Positions 40,253-50,192 of a DNA stretch of 64,000 bases are shown here, piece by piece. The first letter of the stretch is position 1. Every line of letters starts with the position of its first letter. The DNA comes from Myxococcota bacterium (lineage in GTDB: Bacteria > Myxococcota > XYA12-FULL-58-9 > JABJBS01). The position numbers were made by a program, and so were the translations under genes. The notes under the pieces are model-generated. The model was not told the origin of the DNA, did not search any database, and was given only the letters and a program-made list of their open reading frames with translations. The stretch lies in the NCBI GenBank assembly GCA_036339465.1, contig JAYZAY010000043.1, forward strand, positions 2,833 through 66,832. The letters are read 5' to 3'.

Positions 40253-41410
40253 TTGGACTTCCCAAGTAAGAACAACATACTTATGGATGATAAGGGCGAG
40301 TCATCAATGGTCAAATTAAAGGGAATGCAGCAGATGTACCTAACACAAGACGATCGTAAACGAATGGCAGGCGACCTCCTAACCATTGGATTTGACGGGC
40401 AAACCCTCAGCCCAGAACTCAAAGAGGTGCTTCGAGAAACCCAAGCAGCCGGGATCATTCTCTTTAAGAGAAACATCGAATCCGTAGAGCAGGTCGTTGA
40501 ACTGAACCGAGAACTGAAGGCTTTCCGCCCTGAGCGGCCCCTAAGCCTGGCCATCGACCACGAAGGTGGGAGGGTGATGCGCATGGACCGGCCCGTCATT
40601 CAATGGCCACCCATGATGAACGTCGGCACCTATGACGACCTCACTCTTACCCAAGCCGTTGGAAAAGCCATGGGACACGAGCTCCGGAGCCTGGGCTTCG
40701 ATATCGATTTTGCACCCGTCTTAGACGTGCACACCAATCCTGGAAACCCAGTCATCGGTGACCGTGCTTTCTCAACTAAACCGCATCAGGTGGGTAAACA
40801 TGGTCTCGCATTCTGGCAAGGACTTAGCTCAGCCGGAGTCGGTGGTTGTGGAAAACACTTCCCAGGACATGGGGACACCGCCCAAGACAGCCACCTAGAA
40901 CTCCCCACCTTGACACACTGCCTGGAAAGACTCCGAGAGATCGAATGGCCTCCATTCCATCAGGCAATCCAGGGGGGACTCGATGCAATTATGACCGCAC
41001 ATGTCCTCTTTCCAGAATTAGATGAATCTCATCCCGCAACATTCTCTAAGGAAATCCTCGATATTCTCCGTGATGAGTTAAATTTCGAAGGACTCATTAT
41101 TAGTGATGATCTAGAAATGAAGGCTGCCGCAGAACGCTACACTTACGAGGAAATGCCCATTCTCGGACTCAACGCAGGGGTCGAACATTTCCTAATCTGT
41201 CAAAAGCCCGAACCCATCTTAGAAGTCTACCGTGGAATTATACTCGGTATCGAGCAGGAGAAGATCTCCCACCAAACTCTTTTTGAGGCCTCCAAAAGCT
41301 CACGTGAATGGCTCGACCGCTGGACGAAGCCAAAAGTAGACCCCACAAAGTGGAGAGACATAGTTGGACATGAGATGTTTGCGGCACTTTGTACCAAATT
41401 ACAAAATTAG
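40253..41410 (+). CDS. nagZ: Beta-N-acetylhexosaminidase NagZ (GH3)
   Basis: LSLAIDHEGGRVMRM and KHFPGHGDT motifs. The true start is probably internal, around 40325-40334, by comparison with NagZ N-termini. Confidence 0.85.
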   Translation: MDFPSKNNILMDDKGESSMVKLKGMQQMYLTQDDRKRMAGDLLTIGFDGQTLSPELKEVLRETQAAGIILFKRNIESVEQVVELNRELKAFRPERPLSLAIDHEGGRVMRMDRPVIQWPPMMNVGTYDDLTLTQAVGKAMGHELRSLGFDIDFAPVLDVHTNPGNPVIGDRAFSTKPHQVGKHGLAFWQGLSSAGVGGCGKHFPGHGDTAQDSHLELPTLTHCLERLREIEWPPFHQAIQGGLDAIMTAHVLFPELDESHPATFSKEILDILRDELNFEGLIISDDLEMKAAAERYTYEEMPILGLNAGVEHFLICQKPEPILEVYRGIILGIEQEKISHQTLFEASKSSREWLDRWTKPKVDPTKWRDIVGHEMFAALCTKLQN

Positions 41411-41440
41411 TCTACACCGTCAGTATTCAGCGTCACCACA

Positions 41441-42358
41441 CTATTCAGCCCGAAAAGGCTCCACAATATCATAAAGCGTTCGCTCGGGCGGAACTTTCAA
41501 TATGTCTTCAGACCGCGACGTGTCCAAAACCGCGTTAAATCGGATATGGTCAAGTTCGGGGGCAGGAAATGAGGTCATTCGATAACGCCATGCCCTCTCC
41601 AAGAATGCTTTAAAGAGTGGATGAGGTACGGGCAAAGTCGGTTTACCAACAATCTTCAAAATTCGTGCTAATGGTACAGGCTCGGTGCTGGCCAAATTGA
41701 TAACGCCACGAACGCCCGGTTTTAATGCCCCTTCGATCATACCAATCAGGTCATCCTCTGCCGTGAGCTGAACCATCGGGTCAAAGCCAGCAAGTGTGGG
41801 TATGATCCTTAATCGTAAATACCTCGAAGGAGCATTTCGCACATTGGGACCAACAATATGAGCAGGTCTCAAGATAACAGTTTCAATATCATGGTGACGC
41901 CAAAAGAATGACTGAATAGCCCGGTCAACAGCAACGATAGAACGCGTTTCTGGAAACCTTTGACTCGCCATCAATGGCGCATCTTCATGGATATAGTGAC
42001 TGTTGGTTGGCATGGGACCATAAACATCCCCACTCGAAAGAAGGATGAGTTTCTTGACTTTGTATTGGCTCACATAGCGAAGCAACGTCTCTGTACCGAT
42101 AATGTTGCGCACATAGAGTTCTTCACTGGAAACCCTGAAATTGTGCACCACCCCTAGGTGGACCACGGCGTCAATCTCATCCTGTCGAAAAATATTTTCC
42201 GCCGACCGACGACGAATATCAATGCGGTGATGAATCAGTCCCTTCGGCAAGCCGGGGCAGGGTCGACGGTCGACTCCAATCACCTCATGCACACGGTGAA
42301 GCCGATTGGCCACCCTACGGCCAAAACGTCCAGATATTCCAGTTAGTACAATCCTCAC
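41441..42358 (-). CDS. NAD-dependent epimerase/dehydratase (SDR superfamily)
   Basis: Rossmann-fold start MRIVLTGISGRFGRRV. Confidence 0.8.
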   Translation of the reverse strand: MRIVLTGISGRFGRRVANRLHRVHEVIGVDRRPCPGLPKGLIHHRIDIRRRSAENIFRQDEIDAVVHLGVVHNFRVSSEELYVRNIIGTETLLRYVSQYKVKKLILLSSGDVYGPMPTNSHYIHEDAPLMASQRFPETRSIVAVDRAIQSFFWRHHDIETVILRPAHIVGPNVRNAPSRYLRLRIIPTLAGFDPMVQLTAEDDLIGMIEGALKPGVRGVINLASTEPVPLARILKIVGKPTLPVPHPLFKAFLERAWRYRMTSFPAPELDHIRFNAVLDTSRSEDILKVPPERTLYDIVEPFRAE

Positions 42359-42378
42359 CCCAACTCCTATTTAACCCA

Positions 42379-43266
42379 CTACCAAAACACGTGTTCCCGA
42401 CGTTTCAAGCCTGCATCAATCATAGCCTGCATCCGTTCCTGGACCGAACGGACTTTCTCCATAATAAAATCATCTTCATCGTTGGCATTTCCATCAAAAG
42501 ACATGGGCTCGCCAAAGTAAATTCGGTAACACGTGGGCAGTGGTAAAAGCCCTAAACCAGGCACCATCGGATGAGTCATGGTAATGGGAAAAGCCGGAAA
42601 ACCAAAGGCTTTGGCCAAAGCCTCTGCGTTGTAAAAAGTCGGCGCTTGTTCCTCAGCCCCAATGACCACCGTAGGCACAATGGGCGTTTGAGTTTCAAGG
42701 GCCAGCCGCATAAAACCCTGACCAAACCTCTGAAGCTGGTAGCGTTTGGCCCACGTTTTATTCAAACCTCTCAGCCCCTCAGGAAAGACCAAGATCGCTT
42801 CGCCTGAGCCCATCAATCTCCTACAATTTTCTGGCGTGCCCAGAATTTGACCACAGCGCGCCAAAAACGGCGAAACAAAGGGGGTGGCTGGGACGAATCT
42901 TTCCACCATGGACCTAAAATAGCGTGGTGGATCACGGTCCAGAAAAGCCGACATAACAATCATCATCGCGTCAAATGGAAGCTGACCGGAGTGGTTTCCT
43001 ATTATCAGGCAGCGGCCATCGGGCACATTTTCCAAACCGAAGGACTGACAGCGAAAGTATTTTTGGTATAACCACGCGACAGGTGCCATTATCTTTCGAA
43101 TATAATTCGGATCGAAACCAAAAGGGTCGACACCGTAAGGGCCTAAATTGGTCGGTATTCGCTCCAATCGGGCCTCTAATTCCCCATTTGACATGACCTC
43201 ACCCATGCCGTCGCTCACCTTGCTCGCAATCTCCAGTAATTTAATCCCAGCGCCTACAACATCCAT
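42379..43266 (-). CDS. Lysophospholipid/1-acylglycerol-3-phosphate acyltransferase-family protein
   Basis: Acyltransferase HX4D motif NHSGQLPFDAMM, and a downstream FPEG block. Confidence 0.8.
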   Translation of the reverse strand: MDVVGAGIKLLEIASKVSDGMGEVMSNGELEARLERIPTNLGPYGVDPFGFDPNYIRKIMAPVAWLYQKYFRCQSFGLENVPDGRCLIIGNHSGQLPFDAMMIVMSAFLDRDPPRYFRSMVERFVPATPFVSPFLARCGQILGTPENCRRLMGSGEAILVFPEGLRGLNKTWAKRYQLQRFGQGFMRLALETQTPIVPTVVIGAEEQAPTFYNAEALAKAFGFPAFPITMTHPMVPGLGLLPLPTCYRIYFGEPMSFDGNANDEDDFIMEKVRSVQERMQAMIDAGLKRREHVFW

Positions 43267-43495
43267 ACCCCTTAATTAAGCTCAGCTAACTTCCGGTGTC
43301 AAACAACGTGTACAGCGAGCAAACCTACTTTACAGTTGAATACACCTACATCATTGTAATTTCGAACAAAACAGATGCCATATGTAGGTAAATACACGAC
43401 AATCACTACGGAGAGGTCAGAATGTGGGTTGACAATTCGGTGCAGGACCCGACTAATTGGTATCCCACCGAAGAACGTTCGAGAGGGTACCGACT

Positions 43496-45406
43496 ATGAA
43501 ACAACCGTCCGTGCAGAAAATATTCTTAATCCTAGGATTTTGTACACTCGTTGTCCAAGGCTGTGGAGAAAAGCGTCTTACAGCAATTAACATTCCAACC
43601 AATGGCGTCCAGGAGTGTCAGGAAGACTCGGATTGTCCCGACGGATTGATCTGCGTTAATAGCGAATGCGTTGAGGTCGAGCACTTCGACTGTAAGGGCG
43701 ACGACCTCCCCATTATTTCGGTCGACCCCAGTGAACTCGATTTCGGAGAAGTCATCATTGCAACCACCACCACCAAACCAGTAACCATCACCAATGAGAG
43801 TTCCTGTAACCTTCGTCTGAGCTCCATCGGTCTAGGCAATGATACCACCGCCGGTTTCAAATGCGACCCTTGTGACATGACTCAGGAAGACATCCTTATC
43901 GCTCCACGCCGTAGTTCAGGCATCAACGTAACATACTCCCCCTTGGTTATCGGTGCCGCTTCAGGGACGTTACTCATTAAATCGGATGCCAAAAACGTTC
44001 AAAGTACAAACGGCTTCTTCGAGGTTATGTTAACTGCGCAATACAGCGGAGAACCCAAGCTCTTAGTCGAACCATCCAACCTTAATTTTGGCTATGTCCC
44101 ATTTCAAATCGGTGATACACCAAGCTCAATCACCCAAGAAGTAACCGTCAAAAACGTCGGCACCGGAAATGCGGCCCTGAAAATAGAATATATTACCCTA
44201 CCCCCTGAGCTAGGCTTTACCATTCCAGAATCCTTCGCAGACTTAGACCCATCATCGCCATTACTCCTCTCTCCTTTTAAGGAAAATGCTCCGGAAACGC
44301 TGCTGACTATTCCCGTAACCTTCACCCCTGATCTCAACAAAGAGTTTCGCGCGCGACTCCAAATTCACGCAGATTACGGCAATGGCGAAAAGGATAAGTA
44401 CCCAATTGAATTGACCGGTTCATCCCTTGGTGAGCCCGAAATTGAAGTCACTCCCAATCTCTTGGAATTCAAAGATAGAAATGATGCCCCCATGCGACTC
44501 TATCGTACCGAACAACAAACCGTCTACATTTCCAATAATGGCCAATCCATGCTCGAAATAGACCTTCTCTTGAACGATTTTGAAACCTCGGGTGACTTCG
44601 AAATATCTCCCCCCATTGTTCCGCCCATAATGCCGGGACAACGAGTCGCCGTAAGCGTATTTTATACCCCGACCCTGGTTTTCTCTCCCACTGCCGATGG
44701 TATCCTCACCATTCGCAGCAATGATACCGATGAGAATACCATCAATATAGCCCTCAAAGGTTATGCCACCACCACCGATTCTGACGACGTCCTAAAAGTG
44801 GAAATGGAGTTTACCAACAGCGGAAGTAATTGGGCCTCAGACGATTTCCGTAATGTCGATTTAAGCCTCGACAGTGAACTCGGATTCATCTGTAAAAAGC
44901 CGACATATGGTCAAGCCTCCGACAACACTCTAGCTATAACCGAAAACCCCTGCCAAGACTGGACGAACTCCGGTTCACTGGGCACGGCCACTTGGCTCTC
45001 ACTTGGAGTAAACGAAGAACCGGAAAGAGTCATTCTCTACGGCCTAGGCCAAGACCTCGCCGACCGAAAGGTGTTCAAAGTTTATACCCACTATGTCGAA
45101 GACTGTAAGCGTGTGGCCACCGGTCAGGTAGCCAATCTCGCCGGTGTTGGCGTCAGTATCCTACTAGGCATTTTGGGTGGGCAGGTTGGTGTGCCAATCA
45201 CATTACCACCAGACCAAATTAGTAGCCTCATTGAAGGTAACTGCTTCGAGCATGCCTCTAGCCAAGTGAAAGTGACCGCCTACGTCAATGACGCCGTTCT
45301 CACCACCACACAAATTGGTCTTGGAAGTAAAGGTGACCGCAAGAAGGCCATCGAGTTCTGTCGTAAAAACGGACAATTCCTCCTAGGAAGTGACGAATGC
45401 AACTAG
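43496..45406 (+). CDS. Large secreted (probably lipo)protein with reiterated ASH / choice-of-anchor-D-like beta-sandwich domains
   Basis: Signal peptide MKQPSVQKIFLILGFCTLVVQGC. Repeats follow the pattern LDFGEVIIATTTTKPVTITNES.CNLRLSSIGL....F.C.P......I.P..S..I.V.YSP...G...G.L.I.SD. SD gagagg before ATG 43496. Confidence 0.7.
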   Translation: MKQPSVQKIFLILGFCTLVVQGCGEKRLTAINIPTNGVQECQEDSDCPDGLICVNSECVEVEHFDCKGDDLPIISVDPSELDFGEVIIATTTTKPVTITNESSCNLRLSSIGLGNDTTAGFKCDPCDMTQEDILIAPRRSSGINVTYSPLVIGAASGTLLIKSDAKNVQSTNGFFEVMLTAQYSGEPKLLVEPSNLNFGYVPFQIGDTPSSITQEVTVKNVGTGNAALKIEYITLPPELGFTIPESFADLDPSSPLLLSPFKENAPETLLTIPVTFTPDLNKEFRARLQIHADYGNGEKDKYPIELTGSSLGEPEIEVTPNLLEFKDRNDAPMRLYRTEQQTVYISNNGQSMLEIDLLLNDFETSGDFEISPPIVPPIMPGQRVAVSVFYTPTLVFSPTADGILTIRSNDTDENTINIALKGYATTTDSDDVLKVEMEFTNSGSNWASDDFRNVDLSLDSELGFICKKPTYGQASDNTLAITENPCQDWTNSGSLGTATWLSLGVNEEPERVILYGLGQDLADRKVFKVYTHYVEDCKRVATGQVANLAGVGVSILLGILGGQVGVPITLPPDQISSLIEGNCFEHASSQVKVTAYVNDAVLTTTQIGLGSKGDRKKAIEFCRKNGQFLLGSDECN

Positions 45407-47745
45407 GCCAAAGAATATTCATAGCAGGAATACTTCTGGCGTTTTCCTCGGGATGCGTAACGGATCTCGAAGAGATTGATTGTTCTAAAACCCCGGACCT
45501 CGGCATCTGTAAATCCGAGGACGACAAAGCCAAAGAAGGAGAACCCAAACTTTTCGTGGATCCGCCTTTCGGGGTCGGCTTTAGCTGTGTGCTTCTAGAA
45601 TGTGATGAACAAAAAGGATTGCTCGTTGAAAACAAAGGCGGGGGCTACCTAGCCCTGAGTGAAATCTTCGTCGTATCCGAACAAGAAACCGACTTTTCAT
45701 TGCAATTTTACCAGCTCGACGAAAACGAAGAGCGCACCGAAATTGCCAAACCTGCCAAGGCAGAGCCTCTAACACTCATCAACAACCAAAAACTCTTCAT
45801 CGTTGTCTCATATCAACCCTCAGATGCAATTGAAGATATCGCGAAACTTCGAATCCGGTGGTATGACGGCAACCAAGAATATGACAACTCCGTTATTGTG
45901 GATACCGATTTTGACCTCACCGCTCGTTTTCAGGCTGTAGCGAAAGCGGAAGTCCTCACCAATGCTCTAAATTTTCCCTATACCGAGCCCACCAGCACAC
46001 ACACAGCTTACGTGGAAATCAAAAACATCAGCACCAAAGATACCATCCTGGGCGTAAACCAAATTCAATTAAGCGAAAACTCGGCCGATACGCTCTCCAT
46101 CGACCTGGGCTGGAGAGGTTACGCCAATCCCGGCGAAACCATCAAAGTACCGGTCATATTCAGCCCTACAAGTGAACAAGTCGCCGAAGGCAACTTAAGT
46201 ATCACCCTCAATGACAGACAAGAGCCATACGATATCCCAATTAAGGCAACTTCGATTACTGGAGGTAGGCTCACTCTTTTAACCCCCTTCTTACCAGAGC
46301 TGGATTTCGGGAACCTTTTCTTCAATGCCTCAAAAACCCTTTCGCTGGAAGTCCAAAATCAAGGTTCCGAAAGCATTCAGGTAACGTCAACGGTAACCAA
46401 CGGTACAGACTACTTCCACGTAATCCCACAAGAAGATTTTGTATTGGGTACCCTTGAAAAAAAGGTCGTAGAGGTGACGGTCATTGGAGCCCTAGGCGGT
46501 ACCTTGAGCGGAAATATAACTTTAAGTGCATCTGAACTTTCTGAGAATACAACAAACGCTAATGGCGACGAAACCACCAATGGGGCCACCTGTGGCGATT
46601 CGAATCCACCCATGGAAAATGATGCGGCAGGAGACCCCGAATCTGAAAATCCCGATGACCTTAGGGGCTGTGGCGAATCGCCTCTGGAACCGGATCAAGA
46701 GCCTGAAACGCCAACCGACCAAAACAGCACAGCTGGTAGTCAAGAAACGCCAACGGAGCAAGCCTCCACTGGCTTGGACGAAGACACCGCCTCCGCAGAC
46801 GAAACTCTAAATCCGACAGATATAGAAATTACATTGACCGCATCATGCGAAGCTCCCGTGGTCACCACCAACCAGGACCATATGTACTTCACACCCCAGG
46901 TCCTCGGATGGTTAGCGGAGGCACAATCCTTTAAGTTATTTAATACGGGCACCGGCCATCTTGTGATCTCAAAGATCGAGTTTGAGCTCGGGTCGTCACA
47001 CCAGATTGAGTTGGTAAACTCAAGACAACTACCAATATCAATAACCCCCGGGGACGAGCCTATGGAATTGGCGGTTCGGCTACGTGCCGGGCTTCTCGGT
47101 TCAGCCAACGCAACCCTATTGGTCACGACCAATGCTATCGACCACCCCCTCGTGCGATTACAAGTGGAGGCGTCTGTCGTTACTTGTCAAGAAGGTTGTC
47201 CAGTGGTCCATGGCACCCCCAATTGTTTTTCCGGCTCATGCCAAATAGAAAATTGCGATGACGGCTATCACGACCTCGATGCCGCCTCCACCACCGGCTG
47301 TGAATGTGCAGAAGAGAGAAACGGCCATGACATCGGAAGTTTGTGCGGAACACACCTTGAAATTCAACCCCTCTACGACCAAAGCGATAAGAAGAACAGT
47401 CACAAAGCCGTCGGGACCTTACACCATCAAGATGATGTAGACCTTTTCTTTGTTGAAACACGTGACGAATTCAACTGGTGGTCCGATGACTATGACGCCA
47501 GGGTAAGCTTGCTAGAGGCCCCAGCCGGCATGGTTCTCTGTGCAAAAATATATGCTCAGTCAGGCCTCGGCTGTACCGATAACGATGTTTTTTACGACAA
47601 TCATTGTAAGGGTGTAGGTGGGACTATTCGGGCTGAAGGTAGCTCTTTTTCAACCGACAATCATTATATTAAAGCCTGGATCATGTGGAGCCCAGGTAGC
47701 GCGCCTGTGTGTTCAAATTACGAGGTGAAATTCCAAGCAAAATAG
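45397..47745 (+). CDS. Second ASH/choice-of-anchor-D-like lipoprotein with an acidic disordered linker and a Cys-rich C-terminal domain
   Basis: Its start overlaps the stop of the previous gene (ATGCAACTAG). Lipobox AFSSGC. ASH-like repeats (LDFGNLFFNASKTLSLEVQNQGSESIQV). Linker rich in D, E, T and P. C-terminal CQEGCPVVHGTPNCFSGSCQIENCDDGYHDLD...GCEC. Confidence 0.7.
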   Translation: MQLGQRIFIAGILLAFSSGCVTDLEEIDCSKTPDLGICKSEDDKAKEGEPKLFVDPPFGVGFSCVLLECDEQKGLLVENKGGGYLALSEIFVVSEQETDFSLQFYQLDENEERTEIAKPAKAEPLTLINNQKLFIVVSYQPSDAIEDIAKLRIRWYDGNQEYDNSVIVDTDFDLTARFQAVAKAEVLTNALNFPYTEPTSTHTAYVEIKNISTKDTILGVNQIQLSENSADTLSIDLGWRGYANPGETIKVPVIFSPTSEQVAEGNLSITLNDRQEPYDIPIKATSITGGRLTLLTPFLPELDFGNLFFNASKTLSLEVQNQGSESIQVTSTVTNGTDYFHVIPQEDFVLGTLEKKVVEVTVIGALGGTLSGNITLSASELSENTTNANGDETTNGATCGDSNPPMENDAAGDPESENPDDLRGCGESPLEPDQEPETPTDQNSTAGSQETPTEQASTGLDEDTASADETLNPTDIEITLTASCEAPVVTTNQDHMYFTPQVLGWLAEAQSFKLFNTGTGHLVISKIEFELGSSHQIELVNSRQLPISITPGDEPMELAVRLRAGLLGSANATLLVTTNAIDHPLVRLQVEASVVTCQEGCPVVHGTPNCFSGSCQIENCDDGYHDLDAASTTGCECAEERNGHDIGSLCGTHLEIQPLYDQSDKKNSHKAVGTLHHQDDVDLFFVETRDEFNWWSDDYDARVSLLEAPAGMVLCAKIYAQSGLGCTDNDVFYDNHCKGVGGTIRAEGSSFSTDNHYIKAWIMWSPGSAPVCSNYEVKFQAK

Positions 47746-47830
47746 TTCCACAAAGCCCTAGCCAGAGAAAACCTTTGGGGATCTCTGGCGGCCATTCTAT
47801 AATTCTCTTAACCTTAGGGAGAGTGATAGC

Positions 47831-48685
47831 GTGTCTACCGAAAATACCGACCCAAATGATTCTTTCCTTAGAGAGATCAGGAATTTCCGGCTCCAATATC
47901 AAGACCTCCTTGAACAATTCTTTAATGTCTTGCCCAACCGCTCAACTCCACGAATCATCTCACCCAATGAAAGCCTGAGCGTCCTCTCGCAGACAACCTA
48001 TCTTTGGCTGCGCTCCGGCAAGATCAAACAACTTAGTAACAAAACAGAACTAAGATATTTTGGTCCCGGAGATTTACTGAAGTGCTGCCCGGCGAGCTCT
48101 GGCTCTGTTTTTGAATTGCAGGATGACGTCCCGTGTCACGCAGAAGAATACTCAGAGTCCGATCTGATGGAGCAGGTGATGGCACATGAAAGCCTCACTA
48201 GATTATGGATCGATATCCAAGATGCCGAGACTCGTTTGCTTGAAATGCTATGCGGCTACCTGGTCACTCCACATTCCCACATAGATTCAAGCTTCAAATA
48301 CTTCAACGAGGGCGATGTCATCATTCGGGAAGGTGACAAACCCGATGGTATTTATGAAATGGTCAGTGGCAAAGCCACCGTATGTATCGGAGGAACCGCG
48401 GTTGGCGAAATTAGTGCAAATGAAATATTCGGTGAAATCAGTTACCTCACAGATTCGCCTCGCTCCGCCACAATCACCGCGCTCTCAACATCCCTGGTCC
48501 AAATATCCAGTGCCGACTCTTTCGATGCCCTTGTGGAACACCGATCGGATTTATTGGCCAATATTTCGAGTAAATTGGCCTACAGACTGGTTGCAACGAA
48601 CCAGAAAGTAGAAGAGGTCAAGGTTCAGGTCCCTGCAACCAAAAAAGTGATGAAAATAAGGGTCAAAAGACTAAGCAGGATCTAA
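47831..48685 (+). CDS. Cyclic-nucleotide-binding (CAP effector) domain protein with a degenerate N-terminal second cNMP-like domain
   Basis: FNEGDVIIREGDKPDGIYEMVSGKATV...GEISANEIFGEISYLTDSPRSATITALSTSLVQI, a canonical cNMP-binding beta-roll. Confidence 0.75.
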   Translation: MSTENTDPNDSFLREIRNFRLQYQDLLEQFFNVLPNRSTPRIISPNESLSVLSQTTYLWLRSGKIKQLSNKTELRYFGPGDLLKCCPASSGSVFELQDDVPCHAEEYSESDLMEQVMAHESLTRLWIDIQDAETRLLEMLCGYLVTPHSHIDSSFKYFNEGDVIIREGDKPDGIYEMVSGKATVCIGGTAVGEISANEIFGEISYLTDSPRSATITALSTSLVQISSADSFDALVEHRSDLLANISSKLAYRLVATNQKVEEVKVQVPATKKVMKIRVKRLSRI

Positions 48686-48706
48686 AAAGACACATAAAAT
48701 CCCAAA

Positions 48707-49138
48707 TCAAGAAAATTTTTCGTGCTTCAATCCCAGGAGCATATAGATGGTTTTGACCAATTCGCTCCCCCGACGCTCCTCTAAGTCTAAGGATACAGTA
48801 CCGGAAGGCTTCGACATAACAGCATCGGCGCCTAGAGTCTTGGCTTCTACAGCAGAAGAAGATCCAAGCGCGGTCACCGCTGAAAGCACAAGAATCTTTC
48901 CTGGAAACTGCCCCCTCGCATGGCGTAAAAAAGTAAGCCCGTCCATAATGGGCATTTCAATATCCAATATGACGATGTCAGGCTTCAACTCATTGACTTG
49001 CTTTAGACCTTCAGCACCATTTCTAGCTTTACCGACAACCTCCAAGTTAGGATCACCCTCGAGTATATTCTGAACGACCATTCGCATCAACGGCGCGTCA
49101 TCCACAATCAAAACTCGTTTCTTCTCCATGAACTCCAT
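48707..49138 (-). CDS. Single-domain CheY-like response regulator
   Basis: KKRVLIVDDAPLMR...DIVILDIEMPIMDG...LSAVTALG...KP. Start MEFMEKKR (alternatives 49129 and 49162). Confidence 0.8.
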   Translation of the reverse strand: MEFMEKKRVLIVDDAPLMRMVVQNILEGDPNLEVVGKARNGAEGLKQVNELKPDIVILDIEMPIMDGLTFLRHARGQFPGKILVLSAVTALGSSSAVEAKTLGADAVMSKPSGTVSLDLEERRGSELVKTIYMLLGLKHEKFS

Positions 49139-49258
49139 CCCATTAAGAAATGCGGGCTCCAATTAGAGCGACTCTGCTCCCCGGATGTTCTCACCTTATG
49201 GAGTTCAACGCAAATAAGGCAAAGCACACCTACCTACAATAACGAATCGACATCTCAC

Positions 49259-50152
49259 TCAACCTGGAGTTCCAGGGGATGCATCCAGCAAAGCCCGGAG
49301 CCTATTCTGCTGCTCTACAGGTAAAAACCGCAACAGACCTTCACGGCTGTTGGGCGGAAATTTCCCTCCGGATTCAATTGCCTCACGCAGGGTTGGCAAT
49401 AGAGATTGCCCCGAAGCAACCAAACCCAATTTCACCCCAACTGGTTCGGAGATAAATTCATACGCACCACCAGCCTCTACCAAAAGCAACAAGCCCGGTG
49501 AAACATCCCATCGATTCAACTCATATTCCCAAAAACCATCCATTCGACCCGACGCGACATAAGCCAAGTCAAGTCCAGCGGCTCCGAAACGTCTAACGCC
49601 TCGAGTTAATAGATTTAGTCGACAAAACTCAGCATGATTATCGCGCGATTCAAAAAGCCTGTCGTAGCCAAACCCAGTGGCCAAAACCGTATCTAAGAGG
49701 CAATTTTTAGAGGAAACTCCGATGGGATCACCATTTAGGAAAGCCCCCCCTCCCTTTTCAGCCCAATACAGCTCATCAACCATCGGAGCATAAGTTGCGC
49801 CAGCGATGGTTTGCCAAAAACCCTCTTCATCTCGAACTTCATAGCCTACCAAAACGCAGAAGTGGGGTATCCCATGGGCATAGTTGACCGTGCCATCCAA
49901 AGGGTCTAAAACCCAGCGTTCACTCTGCCCCGCCGCCCCACTGCTCCCACTCTCTTCTGCCAAAATGGGGATATGGCCAAAAGCGCTCTCTCGAATTCGC
50001 AGTTTGAGAAACTCTTCCGCCGCATGATCCGCCTCCGTCACCAGGTCGATCGCGCCCTTCATCTGGATGGCAACGTCCTTGGAAAAGCGCTCTTTGAGAA
50101 TAGCGCCGGCTTCAACGGCCAATGTCTTTGCAAAATCGAGTAAATCACTCAT
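49259..50152 (-). CDS. Inositol monophosphatase-family protein (SuhB/CysQ-like)
   Basis: WVLDPLDGTVNYAHGIPHFCV motif. Confidence 0.85.
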   Translation of the reverse strand: MSDLLDFAKTLAVEAGAILKERFSKDVAIQMKGAIDLVTEADHAAEEFLKLRIRESAFGHIPILAEESGSSGAAGQSERWVLDPLDGTVNYAHGIPHFCVLVGYEVRDEEGFWQTIAGATYAPMVDELYWAEKGGGAFLNGDPIGVSSKNCLLDTVLATGFGYDRLFESRDNHAEFCRLNLLTRGVRRFGAAGLDLAYVASGRMDGFWEYELNRWDVSPGLLLLVEAGGAYEFISEPVGVKLGLVASGQSLLPTLREAIESGGKFPPNSREGLLRFLPVEQQNRLRALLDASPGTPG

Positions 50153-50192
50153 CCAACCGACCTTTCTGAATCGAGTTTATCTCGGGAAAACT

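Noticed and set aside
41441-43266. Acyltransferase plus NAD-dependent epimerase pair as an ornithine-lipid or other special-lipid locus
   Set aside because: Only the generic family motifs are visible. Neither an OlsB-like N-acyltransferase nor another specific marker is present, so this is too speculative to report as a finding.
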